Assembly (NCBI GenBank): GCA_964634365.1
Contig: CAZWJU010000002.1
Coordinates: forward strand, 103,150 to 167,149
Direction of reading: 5' to 3'
DNA from: an uncultured Candidatus Saccharibacteria bacterium
GTDB lineage: Bacteria; Patescibacteriota; Minisyncoccia; Phycocordibacterales; UBA9973
Length of the DNA stretch: 64,000 nucleotides
The position numbers and the translations under genes are program-made. The notes under the pieces were generated by a model that saw only the letters and a list, made by a program, of their open reading frames with translations, did not search any database and had not been told where the DNA came from. Shown piece by piece: positions 20,223-30,662 of this stretch. Each line of letters opens with the position of its first letter. The first letter of the stretch is position 1.

Positions 20223-20627
20223 TTACTTTTTAGAGTTCACATCGAGCACATCTAGACTCCAAGATATGTCTTTGAGCTTACTTTCTGATAATCTGGGTAC
20301 AATCGGTGCAGGGAGTACATCTTCACTCTTTTTAATTTCCTTTTTATTTGGATCTTTTTTCCAAATATACAATTTACCTTGAACGAGAAATCTGATATAG
20401 GATTCTAGTATTGCAATAAAAGGCTTGTTGTTGACTTTATAAAAAGTCAGAGCAAGAGAGAGACCTGCTATAGGAACAATAAGTAAAACCGCAAAGAAAA
20501 ATGGCAGTAATTTGTAAATAATAAAACAAATACCTGCTCCACCAGCTAGGTAGACAAATTGCTTGAAAGTAAAAGGTCCAAATATTTTGTCTTCAATATC
20601 AATAAATTGAGGGACACTAAATCGCAT
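20223..20627 (-). CDS. PrgI family (VirB3-like) protein
   Basis: VPQFIDIEDKIFGPFTFKQF plus two TMs. Confidence 0.9.
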   Translation of the reverse strand: MRFSVPQFIDIEDKIFGPFTFKQFVYLAGGAGICFIIYKLLPFFFAVLLIVPIAGLSLALTFYKVNNKPFIAILESYIRFLVQGKLYIWKKDPNKKEIKKSEDVLPAPIVPRLSESKLKDISWSLDVLDVNSKK

Positions 20628-20742
20628 ACAAGTATTATATCAGAACTTTTTAGGATTTTAGGCACATTATATACACAGCAAAAATCCCCTAGTCTACTTT
20701 ATGAAAAGTGAGCACAACGGGGATTTTTGCTGTATTTTATTT

Positions 20743-21642
20743 TTAGATTGGCTCTCTATATGGATCGCCTTGAGTTTTCTTTTCTCCCAAACCAGGGACT
20801 GTGTAATTGCTTACCTCTTTTGGAATTTTAAAAGTTGCCTGTAACTTACTTCCTACTATACCTGCACTAGGAACCTCTGGTGTGGTAGAAACCCCTTTGG
20901 ATTGTGCAAGTTTTTGGATTGGTGAGATTGAGGTGTTGCCTATAACTGGTGTTTCTAATTTTTCTACAACCTTAGGTGCTGGTGGGACAATATTTGTCGG
21001 TACTTTTATTTTTTGTAGACCAGTGTCTTCTATTTTTCCTATAATTAGAGGTTTTACAACTTCTGGATTCTTTATAGAAGTCTCGCTTTTAGGAGGATTC
21101 TCAAGTGTTCTGAGTAGCTTGTCTCTATCTAGCCTCTTTGCATCTACATCTTCTAATGCTTCTCGGACTTGCTCTCCAGGGTCTTCTTCTATTTCTATAT
21201 CAGTACTACGAAGTATTGCGCTATCATTTTGCTCTTGTTTATTTGGAGTACTTGGAAAGTTCAACTTTATTGGGGTATTTTCTTTCACTGCTTCCTCGCT
21301 TTCCAAAACCTCTTCTGACTCAGGTTCGTACGAAAAGGCGATCATGGCTTGTCTATATGGAACAAAAATCTTTTTGTTTATCTCATCGACAATTTTTATA
21401 AGCACATCGTCTGGTAGGCCTGTAATAGATTTAACTGAGTCATAGAATTCACTAGCCTTCTCTAGGCCAATAAGTACAAATGTAACTTGTCCAGATATTT
21501 GAGACATTTTATCAAGTGACACTTGATGTGTTCCTGCAATACCTTGCATGACTTTATCAACAGAGACTATACTCATAGCTTTACGCCCTGCTTCACTCAT
21601 TGATTCAAATGCTTTATTTATTTGTTCAACTGTATATGCCAT
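20743..21642 (-). CDS. Hypothetical protein ending DPYREPI
   Basis: Helical N-domain, low-complexity Pro/Glu/Lys region, C-terminal DPYREP motif I associate with Parcubacteria proteins. Confidence 0.7.
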   Translation of the reverse strand: MAYTVEQINKAFESMSEAGRKAMSIVSVDKVMQGIAGTHQVSLDKMSQISGQVTFVLIGLEKASEFYDSVKSITGLPDDVLIKIVDEINKKIFVPYRQAMIAFSYEPESEEVLESEEAVKENTPIKLNFPSTPNKQEQNDSAILRSTDIEIEEDPGEQVREALEDVDAKRLDRDKLLRTLENPPKSETSIKNPEVVKPLIIGKIEDTGLQKIKVPTNIVPPAPKVVEKLETPVIGNTSISPIQKLAQSKGVSTTPEVPSAGIVGSKLQATFKIPKEVSNYTVPGLGEKKTQGDPYREPI

Positions 21643-21647
21643 ATATT

Positions 21648-24600
21648 TTAACTAGATAATTTTTCTTGAGCTTCAGACTTATTGTTTTGTTGCTGAGCTT
21701 TATCGTTAAACAATGTCTTATAAGAAGCAATTTCTCCTTTCGTTTTATCATATTGCGACTTAACTTGTGCATATTGTTGAGCTGTTATAGTGCCGTCTGC
21801 AACATCTTTTTCTGCTTTTTTCAATTGTGCTTCGTATATAGCCAAGCTAGACTGACCTTCATTCATAGCGAATTCAACATGATCAAACGATACATCTGCA
21901 GCAGTAATTTGATTTCCTGCATTCGCTGGATCCAAATTCCAAGTATCTGCAATATCTTGTAAATGTTGGTCAATTTTCTTGAGCTCATAATTAGCCCGTG
22001 TAAGCTGATCTTCTGCTTTCTTTTTCTCTTTTCCACTAATAGGTTTATTTTCTTCACCAGCTTTTTTACGTGTATCGGTAGTAAATTGTTTTTCAGATCT
22101 AGACATATCAGTTCTAGCTTCAATATTTTGTGCCTTTCTCCATTCCACTTCATTGAATACTTGACCTTGTGCGAGAGCTTGTTCACGTGCTTCGTTTCGT
22201 TTTTGTGTGTATCCATTGCCATATTCAACTTCATTTGCCTGATCATGCAATCTCTCTGAATTAACCTCTTTTGCAGTTTTTTCTTTTGCTCTACCGTTGA
22301 TAGTTTGTACTTGTCCAGAAGCATCTGTGTATGTAGTAGAAGTTTGACCTCTTTCAAATCTCTTTCTGAAATCAACTTCATCAAGATTAGGATTTTGTTT
22401 TCTTTCTTCTTCAAGAGCCTTTTCAAGATCAGCCTTCCATGCACCTGCCTTTTTATCTTGCTGGTTAGCCTCATATCCTTTGAGCAAGTATGTATCTGCT
22501 TTATCTGATTTTTCTTTTGTTTTACGTTCGTTTGCACCTTTTGCTCCACCTTCAGAACTTAGATCAAAGCGACCTGTTCCTCCAACCATATTGCCAAGAT
22601 TTTGTGCAAATTTTGCACTACCCTTTGTATCCATATCCCAACCTGTATTTTTACCAAATGCAGCACCAGCCTTTGTCTTTCGAAAATCAAATGAACTTGC
22701 TGCACCGTAGTTTGCAAGAGCAAGTTTTCTCTGTGCACTTTTATCTCCTGCCGCAGCTGCTGCCTGAAGTTCTGGATTAGCTGCTTGTCTAGCTGCATAA
22801 GCACCAACAGTTCCTCGCATAGCAAGTGCTGCTCCGCCAGTTGCTGCTCCCACCGCAAAACCTCCGACTTTATTCATAACTGACATAGATTGTTGTCCAA
22901 TTTCCCCAGACAAATCTATCGCTAGTTTTTCTGCCTTCATAAGAAGTGTGTAGACAATTGCAAAAGGAAGTAACACATACAAAAGATTTGCTCCGGCAGA
23001 TGCAGTGTCAGATATAGCAAGAGTTTTTAAATCCAAAAACAAAACTATCAAATACAAAAAGAATAAAAATACCGGTGCCAGAAATGCAGTTTTAATAAGC
23101 TCGCTAGACCAGTTAGACCAACCAACATTTTTCCAACTCTTCATACCCGGGACTATCATAGATATGAAAGCCATAGGAGAAAAGATCATGGCAACCATCA
23201 GAGATATAACTCTACCAACAAACAAAATACCAATCTTCAGAAACATCATTATCAAGAGGACGTTCATTACGACAGCTACTAAAGTAACAATGATATACAT
23301 ACCGATATCATTGTTTGCGTCTATTTCACTCTTTGAAAAAAGTGTTTGTGGGTTAAACTGACTAACCAAAGCTCCTGAAATAGTTTTCTCGTCGCCAACA
23401 CCATCCCCTCCACCGACCGATATAGTACTGTACATCAAGTTGGCTAAGATATTTGAAGTATCGACAACTATTTTAGTAAAAAATAAACTGAAGTTTATAA
23501 GTAGAGCCACAACAACAAGTGTGCCGATCATCTTCTTTGCATCAACAGAAGGTAGTCTGAGAATCGTTCCTATGGCTATGTATAAGAGTATGAAAATAAA
23601 TACTATGTTTGATATATCGCGCACAAGTGACCAACCTTGTGATATAAATTCAGATTCACTATATGTAGAGCTCTGTATTGAAAAGTGCATAAACCAGTCC
23701 AAAAACATAGCTGCGAGCCCAGCCAAGAACGCTGTTGGTTTATAGAAAACATAATAAAGTAAGTTTGCAAAACATCCAGGAAAATTTATACCAGTTGGCA
23801 CACCAAGATCATTAAACCTTATACATTCTGGTCCATTATCTGAATTTTCTGTTGCTGTTGTGCCCGTAGAAACAAGCTCAACAGTATCTCCAGTTGTTGC
23901 AGATTCATCTACACCACTAGCATCAGTTGTAAATTTAATAAATTTACTATATCCAGTTTCAGTACCTCCTGCTGAATGAAAAGATATGCGAGCATAGTAG
24001 GTCTGACCTGGCTCTAATCCATTGTTTATTATCTTAATCTTTGTATCAGCCTGGGTTGTTGCTTCAAAATTTATAAATGGGTCTAATTTTGTCTTTAAAA
24101 ATCTATCTGACAAATCTGGGGCAAGCGGTGGCGTGTCAGTACCCTCAAGCGCACCTCCTCCTTCATTTGTCCCTGTACCAATTTCTAAAAACATACCTCG
24201 ATCAGAACCGTAAACCGCACCACTAAAACTCTCAAGTGGTATTCCATCATCTTTTGTATTATATATAGCAGCCCAAGAACCAATATCTTCTATGTCATCA
24301 CCTATTATTGTATTACCGTCTCTATCTGCAGCTGCATTTGTACCACCAGCCATAGTAAAGCCGAAATTTACATCAACCCAGTTTGAACCGACATCACTTA
24401 AAGAGAGTGTTACATTGTTTGTTATGAATAAATCTCTAGATCCCAAAAATTCAGTACCAAGCAAACCAGCAGTCTGCCCTTCGTAGAGACCAGTAGGCCA
24501 TTCATCATCTAATCCTGTAGAATTAGCATTTGCTGGAAATAGGTCAGTTAAATCATTTGGATCAAAATCTGCCAATACGGTCCCTTTTGGCAAAAACAAA

Positions 24601-24680
24601 AAGGAAAAAGAGCTCATCACTATAGCGAGGAGTAGTGTCGATGCGCAAATATTCTTCATTCTTTTTGATATTTTTTGCAC
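21648..24680 (-). CDS. Large VirB6/TrbL-like polytopic membrane protein
   Basis: GWSLVRDISN, ALLINFSLFFTKIVVD, P.AF..W..W..L..AF.AP core; Gly/Ala then coiled-coil tail; probable GTG start at 24680. Confidence 0.8.
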   Translation of the reverse strand: MQKISKRMKNICASTLLLAIVMSSFSFLFLPKGTVLADFDPNDLTDLFPANANSTGLDDEWPTGLYEGQTAGLLGTEFLGSRDLFITNNVTLSLSDVGSNWVDVNFGFTMAGGTNAAADRDGNTIIGDDIEDIGSWAAIYNTKDDGIPLESFSGAVYGSDRGMFLEIGTGTNEGGGALEGTDTPPLAPDLSDRFLKTKLDPFINFEATTQADTKIKIINNGLEPGQTYYARISFHSAGGTETGYSKFIKFTTDASGVDESATTGDTVELVSTGTTATENSDNGPECIRFNDLGVPTGINFPGCFANLLYYVFYKPTAFLAGLAAMFLDWFMHFSIQSSTYSESEFISQGWSLVRDISNIVFIFILLYIAIGTILRLPSVDAKKMIGTLVVVALLINFSLFFTKIVVDTSNILANLMYSTISVGGGDGVGDEKTISGALVSQFNPQTLFSKSEIDANNDIGMYIIVTLVAVVMNVLLIMMFLKIGILFVGRVISLMVAMIFSPMAFISMIVPGMKSWKNVGWSNWSSELIKTAFLAPVFLFFLYLIVLFLDLKTLAISDTASAGANLLYVLLPFAIVYTLLMKAEKLAIDLSGEIGQQSMSVMNKVGGFAVGAATGGAALAMRGTVGAYAARQAANPELQAAAAAGDKSAQRKLALANYGAASSFDFRKTKAGAAFGKNTGWDMDTKGSAKFAQNLGNMVGGTGRFDLSSEGGAKGANERKTKEKSDKADTYLLKGYEANQQDKKAGAWKADLEKALEEERKQNPNLDEVDFRKRFERGQTSTTYTDASGQVQTINGRAKEKTAKEVNSERLHDQANEVEYGNGYTQKRNEAREQALAQGQVFNEVEWRKAQNIEARTDMSRSEKQFTTDTRKKAGEENKPISGKEKKKAEDQLTRANYELKKIDQHLQDIADTWNLDPANAGNQITAADVSFDHVEFAMNEGQSSLAIYEAQLKKAEKDVADGTITAQQYAQVKSQYDKTKGEIASYKTLFNDKAQQQNNKSEAQEKLSS

Positions 24681-24786
24681 AATAATATTGTACGTATATT
24701 GTACCACGCAAATACACAGTAAATACAACAAAAAAAGTGAATTTCTATAGAAAATCCCCCACTCGGGGGATTTTCTAAACTATTTA

Positions 24787-26901
24787 CTAAAAAGAATCAC
24801 CTGTATAATCACTTATTGTACCTCTATACCAACTACTACAATCGAATTCAAATTTTTGATCTGTGTTATAACCTCTTGTCTGTGTATATAGAGTACCCCA
24901 TGATGTTTCCCAACCACAAAATAAAGTTTGTCTTATATCGTCAGTTGCAATATGCCAAGCATCTGAATACATAGGCGCTGCTGCAAAGTCTAATACTTCT
25001 GATTTACACTGGGAAAATAGAGATTCTGGATTAACTGGATCAAATATATCGTAATCTTCGTTTTGATATTGCTTGAGCTCCGCATCTGCGTCTGCGATCG
25101 TGTCCGGGCGACCAATTTGTGATTTTATCGAAGTATATTGTGATGCCAATTTATTTTTAAGCTCTATGTTTTCTGGAGAATCTTCTACTGATGGATCTAT
25201 AGGTTTTGGGTGAGCTATGATACTAGCTTTTATGCTTTGAAGTAGGCCTAGAGTTCTAATCTTAGAAGATATCTTTGCATCAAGCGCTCCAATATCATCG
25301 TTGTATTTTGAAATTCTATTTACTTGATCATATATAAGTGGAGCAGATGGAATATTTTTGATTGGAAAATTAACATCTTCAAAAGGAAGCCCCCCTGTGC
25401 AACTTGATATATCTGACTGCGCTATCGCAGGAGCATCGCGTTCAGTTCCTGCTGTAAGCGCCAATTTTATATTTGATATGAGCTGAGACATGAAACCATC
25501 GAAACATTTTATTTGATCTTGAGCTTCGTCTCCATTTTCAGAATTGTTGTCTGATTTATTTTGGATCTTTTTTGATTCAAGTAAATATTGTTCACGCATT
25601 CTGGTAGTAAATTTATAATCTGGACCTGGTAGGCACTGATCTAGCTCCATAGTTTTTTGAGGAAAATCTCTAAGAATTTCTTTTGTATCCATCAATAAAT
25701 CAAACTCTGCTTGAGTATCTTCTATAGAAGTTTCAAGTAATTCACTTGGCACGCCAGTTAGCACTCCGCCTATATATACAGGAGAGGCTTCTAGGTCTAC
25801 AGTATCAACTGTATTCCACACAAAAGTATCGCCACTTGATTGGAAAGCTGAGTTATTACCTGGACCACCAGCAGTAGGATCTTCTGGATCGGCAGTAGCT
25901 ATGTTGCCTATAAGTTCTGTAATACCATTTGTAATAAGACCTGCAGCCAAATTTGAAACAGCATCGAGAATCGGACTTCCAGAACTAGCATCAGTAATCG
26001 CCTTTTGTAAAGGAGCTTCGACTGTTTGTTGTAGTTGTGCTGCGATCAGTTTACCAGGGGTAACAGTTTCGTATCTTGCACAATCGTCACTAGCATCAAA
26101 CTCTATATCACTACCGAGACTTATACTTAGACTATTCAAATACTCTTCCATGTCCTCTCCTATTGGTGCAAGACCAGATGCATCTACACCGTCTTTGTAT
26201 TGAACACATTTTTTCATAGAAAGAAAACCTCCACTTTGAGTAAGTTCTGTTTTAGTAGTACCCTGGACAGAATCTATTCTGCTTTCCAATTCCTCCGCAG
26301 ACCTCAAATACGCACCAACTGGATTGTTGGCATCATTTTGTGTGTAATCCATCCAAGCATCCCAGCCACCAACATTAAAATCATCTTCAGTAAAATCTTG
26401 CCAATTAGGTCCAATAGTTTCATCGAGAGAAAAATTCAACTTACTTTTAAAAGTATCACTATTTCCAGAAACCTGATCGGTGATCAAGTTCATTGATATG
26501 TTTCTAGCATAAGGAAAAGCACTCTCATCTGCACTAATTTCATTTACAAAAGCTTCAACTTGTTCATCTGCTACACTTTTGAAAAAACTTTTCTCGTCTC
26601 TTACAAAAAATGGGTCGCCCTTGAATCCAGTTGAACCCCAGTTTATAACCTGCTGAGTCATATTGAGTGCTACTTGTGAACCAATCTTCTTTAGCATTTT
26701 ACCCAAGACTGACTCATTGAACTCTTTGACTGTTGTTGCAGCAGTTTGAGCTGATTTTATAGCATTACCAATATTTACGGGTAGATTTGCAAGGTCTATT
26801 GTAGGCAATCCTGTAGCTTTGGCCTGATTGACATTAAAAACAAAAATAAAAGCCAGAACAAGAATTATTTTGCCGATTGATTTTAGATTCTTAGATTTCA
26901 T
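24787..26901 (-). CDS. Secreted helical protein of the T4SS-like cluster (VirB5/TrbJ-like N-terminus)
   Basis: Signal peptide followed by TGLPTIDLANL; GGWDAW, GFLSMKKC, TVTPG; several Cys. Confidence 0.7.
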   Translation of the reverse strand: MKSKNLKSIGKIILVLAFIFVFNVNQAKATGLPTIDLANLPVNIGNAIKSAQTAATTVKEFNESVLGKMLKKIGSQVALNMTQQVINWGSTGFKGDPFFVRDEKSFFKSVADEQVEAFVNEISADESAFPYARNISMNLITDQVSGNSDTFKSKLNFSLDETIGPNWQDFTEDDFNVGGWDAWMDYTQNDANNPVGAYLRSAEELESRIDSVQGTTKTELTQSGGFLSMKKCVQYKDGVDASGLAPIGEDMEEYLNSLSISLGSDIEFDASDDCARYETVTPGKLIAAQLQQTVEAPLQKAITDASSGSPILDAVSNLAAGLITNGITELIGNIATADPEDPTAGGPGNNSAFQSSGDTFVWNTVDTVDLEASPVYIGGVLTGVPSELLETSIEDTQAEFDLLMDTKEILRDFPQKTMELDQCLPGPDYKFTTRMREQYLLESKKIQNKSDNNSENGDEAQDQIKCFDGFMSQLISNIKLALTAGTERDAPAIAQSDISSCTGGLPFEDVNFPIKNIPSAPLIYDQVNRISKYNDDIGALDAKISSKIRTLGLLQSIKASIIAHPKPIDPSVEDSPENIELKNKLASQYTSIKSQIGRPDTIADADAELKQYQNEDYDIFDPVNPESLFSQCKSEVLDFAAAPMYSDAWHIATDDIRQTLFCGWETSWGTLYTQTRGYNTDQKFEFDCSSWYRGTISDYTGDSF

Positions 26902-26925
26902 AAATATATTCCAATTGTAACATGA

Positions 26926-27855
26926 TTATTGTGTCACACTAGCACTTCCGCTAGTAGCGTCTATAATATCCTGATTTAAAGTTTCAAGATTTTTAAGCAT
27001 TTCATTGACTATAGAGTCTGCTTGGTAAGCACTCGCAAGAGCAGGTATGGGGTCTATTGCATACCTCGATATATCTCCAAACATTTCTGAAGTTGAAATT
27101 ATGCTATTTATGAGAGCTAGGTGCACCTCACTTTCTCCGATAACAACTGGAGTTAGAAGTAGGGCATTTGCTAGTGATTTATACTTATCAGAAACTGCTT
27201 TTAAGTCTGCATTTACTGTATTTGTATTTGGTGTAGTTACAACTGTATCAAAAAGTATAAAATCATCTACTTTTATAGGATATTTTGTAAAAGCACTATC
27301 TACTGATTGTATATACGCAATTGCATTTGCACTAGTATCAGCAACGGTTTTTATATCTTTCATATAATACACAGTCCCAGCAGGTTTATTTTGTATAAAA
27401 GCTGATATCTCGGCTATGATACTTGACTCAGACTGGTCTGTTAACTCCCCGTTTTCTTGTAGTGCAGATATGAGCGAAAACAATTGCTGACTAAATGCTT
27501 CAGTTTGAGTAAGTGTCTCTAACTCACCAGAAGAAGATGCATTTGTGTTATCTATTGAGTTCTTTATATTCGAAACCTCCACTCCATCGCTTACACCATC
27601 TCCATTAGTATCACTATTCTCTGGATCCATACCCCACAAACCTTCCTCCCAATCTTTTAGACCGTCAGCGTCGGCATCTTGCTCAACAAGCTCCCCCACC
27701 TCAAGAACAGCAAAAGGTTCTTTTTCTGCTTCCTGTTTTTTAATTATGTCTGGAATTTTAGATACCAAAAACAATATTACTAGAGCCAAGATAACAGCAA
27801 AGATAGCTTTCTGAAAATTCTTGCTAGGAAGATACTTGGAAAACTGAGTATTCAT
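26926..27855 (-). CDS. Membrane-anchored protein with Ca-binding DxDxDG (TSP3-like) repeats
   Basis: DADADGLKDWEE, DTNGDGVSDGVE. Confidence 0.75.
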   Translation of the reverse strand: MNTQFSKYLPSKNFQKAIFAVILALVILFLVSKIPDIIKKQEAEKEPFAVLEVGELVEQDADADGLKDWEEGLWGMDPENSDTNGDGVSDGVEVSNIKNSIDNTNASSSGELETLTQTEAFSQQLFSLISALQENGELTDQSESSIIAEISAFIQNKPAGTVYYMKDIKTVADTSANAIAYIQSVDSAFTKYPIKVDDFILFDTVVTTPNTNTVNADLKAVSDKYKSLANALLLTPVVIGESEVHLALINSIISTSEMFGDISRYAIDPIPALASAYQADSIVNEMLKNLETLNQDIIDATSGSASVTQ

Positions 27856-27892
27856 ATGAAGACATTATACACTCTGTATGATTTTATGTAGA

Positions 27893-28705
27893 TTAACTCC
27901 TGTTAATATCTAAAACAGCCTTGCTGAGCAAAATCCAGTCTTTTAAGTTTAAGTCTTCGGCTCGAATCTCTGGATCAATCGAAATTGAGCTTAAAATAGA
28001 ACGCCATTGTATATCTTTTGAATAATCCTTTAGATTACCGGCTAGTTTCTTCCTTTTATGAGAGAAGCCTATTTTTAACAATCTAAAGAAAATAGACTCA
28101 TGGTCAAAGTTTTCAAAATTCTTGCGGGAAATATTTTTGACCGCCAAAATAGCTGAATCAACTTTTGGAATTGGGAAAAAAGAACCTTTGACAACCTTCT
28201 GTGCATATACAGGATCTCCGTAGGCTTTTATAGAAATCGATAAAATACTCTCTTTACCATCTTTGGCAACCACTCTCTTTGCGACTTCATCTTGGATAAG
28301 TAACACAAGTACAGAAGGCTGATATTTGGCAGACAAAAACTTTTCAAAAATTGCACCTGTAATATTGTACGGAATATTTGCGATTAGCTTATATTCTAAA
28401 TCTTTATAAAAAGATAAATTTTCTGGATCAAAATCTAAAGCATCGCCCTCTATAACATCTAGCTTCCCCTCTCCAATCTCGGTCTTGAACTCATCTTGTA
28501 AAAACGATGCTAGCTCATGATCTTTTTCTATTGCGACTACTTTACCTGCAAGTTTTAAAAGCGAACGTGTGAGCACGCCCTTGCCTGGACCAATCTCTAG
28601 TACAACATCCCCTGCATTTACATCACTCACATCTATCATCTTTGAAATTGCCCCGGGTGAGTTCAAGAAATTTTGTCCTAAAGATTTTTTAGCAATGTGT
28701 TTCAT
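27893..28705 (-). CDS. rsmA: 16S rRNA adenine dimethyltransferase
   Basis: KKSLGQNFL, EIGPGKG, ANIPYNIT, PKVDS. Confidence 0.96.
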   Translation of the reverse strand: MKHIAKKSLGQNFLNSPGAISKMIDVSDVNAGDVVLEIGPGKGVLTRSLLKLAGKVVAIEKDHELASFLQDEFKTEIGEGKLDVIEGDALDFDPENLSFYKDLEYKLIANIPYNITGAIFEKFLSAKYQPSVLVLLIQDEVAKRVVAKDGKESILSISIKAYGDPVYAQKVVKGSFFPIPKVDSAILAVKNISRKNFENFDHESIFFRLLKIGFSHKRKKLAGNLKDYSKDIQWRSILSSISIDPEIRAEDLNLKDWILLSKAVLDINRS

Positions 28706-28708
28706 ATA

Positions 28709-30625
28709 CTAATCTAGAAAAATAGTTTTTAATATTCCGCTTTGGCCATCCTGCTCAAATTCAACTAGATGCTCGGGTATATCTTCTATAAAACTAGATC
28801 TGCTGTTTACTTGGCGCATACCATATATTGTACGAGTTGTCGCATAAGTTAGATAGAGCTTCTCTTTTGCGCGAGTTATCGCCACATAGAAAAGTCTGCG
28901 CTCTTCTTCGGCTTCTTCTGTTTTTTTATATTGCCCGGAACGCTCATGCGGGAAAAGACCTTCTTCTAGTCCAACAATAAACACAACCTTAAATTCAAGA
29001 CCTTTGGCTGCATGCACTGTCATAAGTTTTACACCAGCACCGGCTCCCTCAAGTGTGTCTTGATCGCTTGCAAGTGCCGCACTTGTAAGAAGAGCGTCTA
29101 GTCCCTCCTCTGGACCAAGTGGATCATAGCGAGTAGCGAGAGTAACAAGCTCTTTTATGTTTTCTAGTCTTTCTTGCTCTTCTTCTGTACCTGTTTTATA
29201 AGCATCTTCTATACCAGATTCTGAGAGAGTAAACTTTACAACCTCGCTCGGTATATTAGATTTTGCAAAATTATTTATTTTCTCGAGTTTTTCATAAAAT
29301 ACTTTTATCTTGGCTTTCATCGCAACTGGGAGATTTTCTGTATCACCTGCCATAATCTTCAGCACAGTTGTCTTACCTATGCCACGAGCAGGAGTATTGA
29401 TTATGCGTTTTATATCTGAAAGTGAATCGTTGTTTAACGCAGCTCTAATATATGAAAGAATGTCTTTGATTTCTTTTCGGTCAAAGAATTTCGTACCGAG
29501 CACCTGATAAGGCAGGCTAAGATCGAGCATGGCTTCTTCTATAACACGAGACTGAAAGTTTGCCCGATATAGCACAGCGATATCACTAGCGTCTACACCA
29601 TCGCGAATATAAGATGAAGCTGTTTCAGCAACAAAATTTGCTTCGTCTATTTCTCCAAAACATTCTTTTAGAGTTATTTTTTCTCCTCCATCTTTCAGAG
29701 TGAAAAGATTTTTAGGAACGCGAACAGTATTTTTCTCTATAACACTATTTGCGGCTTCGAGGATTATGCTAGTCGAACGGTAATTTTGTTCAAGAAAAAC
29801 TATTTTTGCATTTGGATAATCTTTTTCAAATCTAAGCATGTTTTTTAAATTTGCTCCACGCCAAGAATATATATTTTGATCTGTATCCCCCACAACACAT
29901 ATGTGCCTATCTGTACCAACTAGAAGCTTAGAAAGTTCGTATTGAACCTGGTTTGTATCTTGGTATTCATCTATATGAATATATTTCCATCTAGATTGGT
30001 AAAATTCCTTTATCTCAGGATTTTTTTTCAACAACAAAACACTTTTCAAAAGTAAGTCGTCGAAATCTAGAGCGTTTTCTTTTTTCTTTTTTATTTCATA
30101 TCTAGCCCATATACGCGCATACAACTCTTCGGCGGCACTGCCGACCTTTGCTGCATATTCTTCTTGGGTAAAAAATTCTCCTTTTTCTTTTGAGATTACA
30201 TATTTATATTTTCTAGGCTCGTGCTCTTTTGGATCTAGGCCTTCTTCGCGAATAGACTCTTTTATCATAGAGATAGCATCGGATTCATCGAGTATCGTGA
30301 AATGTCTAGTTATACCAACCTCACGAGCATTTTCTTTTAAAATATGAACACCTAGCGCATGAAAAGTAGATATAAAGGGCTTAGAAGAGAGTCTCATATC
30401 AGAAATCGCATGCATTACTCGCTCTCGCATCTCACTTGCAGCTTTGTTTGTAAAAGTAATAGCTAAAATTTTATCTGGATCTATGCCTTTGTGTATGAGC
30501 TCGAGAATTCTGTGAGTTATAGTTTTTGTCTTACCGGCGCCAGCACCAGCGACAATCATCAAAGGTCCTTCAGTTGCTAAAACTGCTTCCGTTTGCGCTT
30601 GGTTTAGACCTTCAAGATGTTTCAT
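28709..30625 (-). CDS. pcrA: UvrD/PcrA SF1 DNA helicase
   Basis: AGAGAGKT, DEYQD, QNYRST, TVHAAKGLEF, EERRLFYVAITRA. Confidence 0.95.
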   Translation of the reverse strand: MKHLEGLNQAQTEAVLATEGPLMIVAGAGAGKTKTITHRILELIHKGIDPDKILAITFTNKAASEMRERVMHAISDMRLSSKPFISTFHALGVHILKENAREVGITRHFTILDESDAISMIKESIREEGLDPKEHEPRKYKYVISKEKGEFFTQEEYAAKVGSAAEELYARIWARYEIKKKKENALDFDDLLLKSVLLLKKNPEIKEFYQSRWKYIHIDEYQDTNQVQYELSKLLVGTDRHICVVGDTDQNIYSWRGANLKNMLRFEKDYPNAKIVFLEQNYRSTSIILEAANSVIEKNTVRVPKNLFTLKDGGEKITLKECFGEIDEANFVAETASSYIRDGVDASDIAVLYRANFQSRVIEEAMLDLSLPYQVLGTKFFDRKEIKDILSYIRAALNNDSLSDIKRIINTPARGIGKTTVLKIMAGDTENLPVAMKAKIKVFYEKLEKINNFAKSNIPSEVVKFTLSESGIEDAYKTGTEEEQERLENIKELVTLATRYDPLGPEEGLDALLTSAALASDQDTLEGAGAGVKLMTVHAAKGLEFKVVFIVGLEEGLFPHERSGQYKKTEEAEEERRLFYVAITRAKEKLYLTYATTRTIYGMRQVNSRSSFIEDIPEHLVEFEQDGQSGILKTIFLD

Positions 30626-30662
30626 AAGTCCTTAGACTATAACATGTAAACAACATAACAGT

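Noticed and set aside
21863-22858. Alternative-frame ORFs inside the VirB6-like gene (228 aa and 99 aa) and many antisense ORFs elsewhere
   Set aside because: Shadow ORFs of well-supported genes with no motifs
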